Source: Rodentibacter caecimuris (lineage in GTDB: Bacteria > Pseudomonadota > Gammaproteobacteria > Enterobacterales > Pasteurellaceae). Taken from it: a stretch of DNA of 24,000 nucleotides. Numbering within the stretch: position 1 is the stretch's first letter; each line of letters opens with the position of its first letter. Shown in pieces: positions 20,806 to 24,000 of the stretch. Below the pieces are notes generated by a model. It did not search any database. It was given only the letters and a program-made list of their open reading frames with translations, and was not told where the DNA came from. The stretch is taken from NCBI RefSeq assembly GCF_024622045.1, contig NZ_JANKBP010000014.1. The stretch is one strand, 5' to 3'. The position numbers were made by a program, and so were the translations under genes.

Positions 20806-20851
20806 TAAAAGTGCGGTGGAAATTCTCAACGAAAACCAACCGCACTTTTTA
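20806..20851. terminator. Bidirectional terminator (yfcZ / DUF1232 ORF convergent) formed by an inverted USS pair
   Basis: USS cores lie at 20809-20817 (+) and 20839-20847 (-). The 21-nt loop contains AAATTCTCA. A/T runs flank it. Confidence 0.75.
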
Positions 20852-21013
20852 TTTAGTAAGTAAAATTTTTATTAATAGCCACACGGCAGCGGCATCATCT
20901 ACTAAGCCCAACGGCCCGAGTACGGCTTCCGGTAGAATATCGATCGGACTAAACAGATAAATCAAAATTGCCACGATTTTGAGTAACTTTGTTTTATTCA
21001 TTCGAGAAAACAT
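20849..21013 (-). CDS. Small membrane protein, DUF1232/YkvA-like (54 aa); below the ORF-track size cut-off
   Basis: My translation gives MFSRMNKTKLLKIVAILIYLFSPIDILPEAVLGPLGLVDDAAAVWLLIKILLTK. The core Y.(F/I)SPIDIIPD...G..G..DD is the DUF1232 signature as I recall it. The start lies 3 nt after the yfhL stop, with GAAGG inside the yfhL 3' end. Confidence 0.6.
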   Translation of the reverse strand: MFSRMNKTKLLKIVAILIYLFSPIDILPEAVLGPLGLVDDAAAVWLLIKILLTK

Positions 21014-21016
21014 TGC

Positions 21017-22078
<1,062 letters not shown>

Positions 22079-22103
22079 TTTAGGGTTTCTTTGATCTAAA
22101 TCG

Positions 22104-22131
22104 TTACAACATAGCGAGATCTAGGTATAAT
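22104..22131 (+). promoter_or_regulatory. Candidate promoter for pgk(-fbaA)
   Basis: TTACAA, 16-nt spacer, perfect TATAAT (22126-22131), about 40 nt upstream of the pgk ATG. Confidence 0.35.
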
Positions 22132-22170
22132 GAATCCGGTTTTAATTTTAATTAACAAAGAGGATAGATT

Positions 22171-23334
22171 ATGTCAGTAATCAAAATGACCGACTTAGAT
22201 TTAGCGGGCAAACGTGTGTTTATCCGTGCAGATCTTAATGTACCGGTAAAAGACGGCAAAGTGACTTCCGATGCACGTATTCGTGCAACCATCCCAACTT
22301 TGAAGTTAGCCCTTGAGAAAGGGGCGAAAGTGATGGTGACGTCTCACTTAGGTCGTCCGACTGAAGGGGAATTTAAACCTGAAGATTCTTTACAACCGGT
22401 TGTTGATTATTTGAACGAACATCTTGATGTTCCTGTGCGTTTAGTGCGTGATTACCTTGATGGAGTGGATGTAAAAGAAGGCGAAATCGTTGTTTTAGAA
22501 AACGTTCGTGTAAACAAAGGTGAAAAGAAAAATGATCCTGAATTAGGGAAAAAATATGCTGCACTTTGTGACGTATTCGTGATGGACGCATTCGGTACCG
22601 CACACCGTGCACAAGCTTCAACTTACGGTGTTGCTGAATTTGCGCCGGTTGCTTGTGCCGGTCCATTGCTTGCCGCTGAGTTAGATGCCTTAGGTAAAGC
22701 GTTAAAAGAACCTGCTCGTCCAATGGTGGCAATTGTAGGCGGTTCTAAAGTTTCCACAAAATTAGAAGTGTTAAACTCTCTTTCAAAAATTGCTGATCAA
22801 ATTATCGTGGGTGGCGGTATTGCAAATACGTTCATCGCGGCGGCCGGTCACAATGTAGGTAAATCTTTGTATGAAGAAGATTTAATTCTTGTGGCAAAAG
22901 AATTAGCCGCCAGTACGGATATTCCCGTTCCGGTTGATGTGCGTGTAGGAACAGAATTTTCTGAAACAGCACCTGCAACCGAAAAAGCCGTGACTGAAGT
23001 AAAAGACGATGAATCCATTTTTGATATTGGTGATAAATCTGCAGAGCAATTGGCTGAAATCATCAAAAATGCGAAAACCGTTTTATGGAATGGGCCGGTA
23101 GGTGTGTTTGAATTCCCTAATTTCCGTAAAGGAACTGAAGTTATTTCTCATGCTATTGCGAATAGCGAGGCATTCTCTATTGCCGGTGGCGGCGATACCC
23201 TTGCGGCGATTGATTTATTTGGTATTGCCGATAAAATTTCTTACATTTCAACTGGTGGTGGTGCGTTCTTAGAATTTGTAGAAGGTAAAGTATTACCGGC
23301 GGTAGAAATTCTTGAAAAACGTGCGAATGGTTAA
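22171..23334 (+). CDS. pgk: Phosphoglycerate kinase
   Basis: [39 protein letters not shown]... is canonical Pgk, 387 aa, with a GAGGA RBS. Confidence 0.98.
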   Translation: MSVIKMTDLDLAGKRVFIRADLNVPVKDGKVTSDARIRATIPTLKLALEKGAKVMVTSHLGRPTEGEFKPEDSLQPVVDYLNEHLDVPVRLVRDYLDGVDVKEGEIVVLENVRVNKGEKKNDPELGKKYAALCDVFVMDAFGTAHRAQASTYGVAEFAPVACAGPLLAAELDALGKALKEPARPMVAIVGGSKVSTKLEVLNSLSKIADQIIVGGGIANTFIAAAGHNVGKSLYEEDLILVAKELAASTDIPVPVDVRVGTEFSETAPATEKAVTEVKDDESIFDIGDKSAEQLAEIIKNAKTVLWNGPVGVFEFPNFRKGTEVISHAIANSEAFSIAGGGDTLAAIDLFGIADKISYISTGGGAFLEFVEGKVLPAVEILEKRANG

Positions 23335-23353
23335 TTAATCTAAATAACGATGA

Positions 23354-23385
23354 AAGGTGTGTGGATTGAATAATCTACGCACCTT
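23354..23385 (+). other. Stem-loop between pgk and fbaA (12 bp including 2 G-U pairs, 8-nt loop), no U-tract
   Basis: aaggtgtgtgga-ttgaataa-tctacgcacctt is followed by ATAAAAATTCTC. This looks more like a partial terminator or mRNA-stability element within a pgk-fbaA transcript than a full terminator. Confidence 0.4.
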
Positions 23386-23422
23386 ATAAAAATTCTCAAC
23401 ATTTAAAGAAGGAAACAACAAG

Positions 23423-24000
23423 ATGGGTTTATTAGATATCGTAAAACCAGGTGTATTAACTGGTGAAGATGTTCAGAAAGTATTCGCTTATGCCAAAGAA
23501 CATAATTTCGCAATCCCGGCGGTAAACTGTGTAGGGTCTGACTCCGTTAATGCCGTATTAGAAACTGCGGCTCGAGTAAAATCACCGGTTATTATCCAGT
23601 TTTCTAATGGCGGTGCCTCTTTCTATGCCGGTAAAGGTATCAAACCTACATCAGGCGAGCGTGCCGACGTTTTAGGCGCAATTGCCGGTGCGAAACACGT
23701 TCATACTCTTGCAAAAGAATATGGTGTGCCGGTTATCCTTCATACCGATCACGCAGCGAAAAAATTACTTCCATGGATTGACGGTTTATTAGAAGCGGGT
23801 GAAAAACATTTTGCCGAAACCGGTCGCCCATTATTCTCTTCTCATATGATTGATTTATCTGAAGAGCCAATGGAAGAAAATATGGCAATTTGCCGTGAAT
23901 ATCTTGCCCGTATGGATAAAATGGGGATGACTCTTGAGATCGAAATCGGTATCACCGGTGGTGAAGAAGACGGCGTAGATAATTCAGATGTGGAAGAGTC
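23423..24000 (+). CDS. fbaA: Fructose-bisphosphate aldolase class II (5' partial; continues past the window end)
   Basis: Compare MGLLDIVKPGVLTGEDVQKVFAYAKEHNFAIPAVNCVGSDSVNAVLETAARVKSPVIIQFSNGGA with E. coli FbaA MSKIFDFVKPGVITGDDVQKVFQVAKENNFALPAVNCVGTDSINAVLETAAKVKAPVIVQFSNGGA. Confidence 0.96.
   Translation, partial: MGLLDIVKPGVLTGEDVQKVFAYAKEHNFAIPAVNCVGSDSVNAVLETAARVKSPVIIQFSNGGASFYAGKGIKPTSGERADVLGAIAGAKHVHTLAKEYGVPVILHTDHAAKKLLPWIDGLLEAGEKHFAETGRPLFSSHMIDLSEEPMEENMAICREYLARMDKMGMTLEIEIGITGGEEDGVDNSDVEE

Overview
This 24-kb chromosomal window comes from a Pasteurellaceae genome. I found 13 perfect Hin-type uptake signal sequence (USS) cores (AAGTGCGGT/ACCGCACTT), several as inverted pairs that form the intergenic terminators. 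Positions 1-4757 (minus strand) hold the 5' 1585 codons of a very large trimeric autotransporter adhesin: extended signal peptide, YadA-like head repeats, canonical neck, then repeated Trp-containing stalk modules. This ORF is absent from the ORF track because it has no stop inside the window. Next comes a 1.5-kb AT-rich stretch with few ORFs (4758-6271) whose only credible gene is an XRE-family HTH regulator. The rest is tightly packed housekeeping DNA: gor, yafJ-like amidotransferase, cytochrome b562, murQ, an EamA/DMT transporter, a five-gene translationally coupled cluster (Nudix, small conserved hypothetical, YigB-like HAD phosphatase, YgiB lipoprotein, YgiC ATP-grasp), eno, an exported GDPD-family phosphodiesterase, hflD-purB, trpS, yfcZ, a 54-aa DUF1232-like ORF below the track's size cut-off, yfhL ferredoxin, RNase T2, pgk and the 5' part of class II fbaA. 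I saw no tRNA/rRNA, CRISPR array, transposase/integrase or recognisable defence gene. I do not see a convincing novel multi-gene system. The best leads are recombination-prone near-identical repeats and an A8 tract in the adhesin, the USS-free AT-rich adhesin/XRE locus, and the Nudix-to-YgiC operon of unknown function. All homology statements rest on motif recognition from memory, not on database searches.
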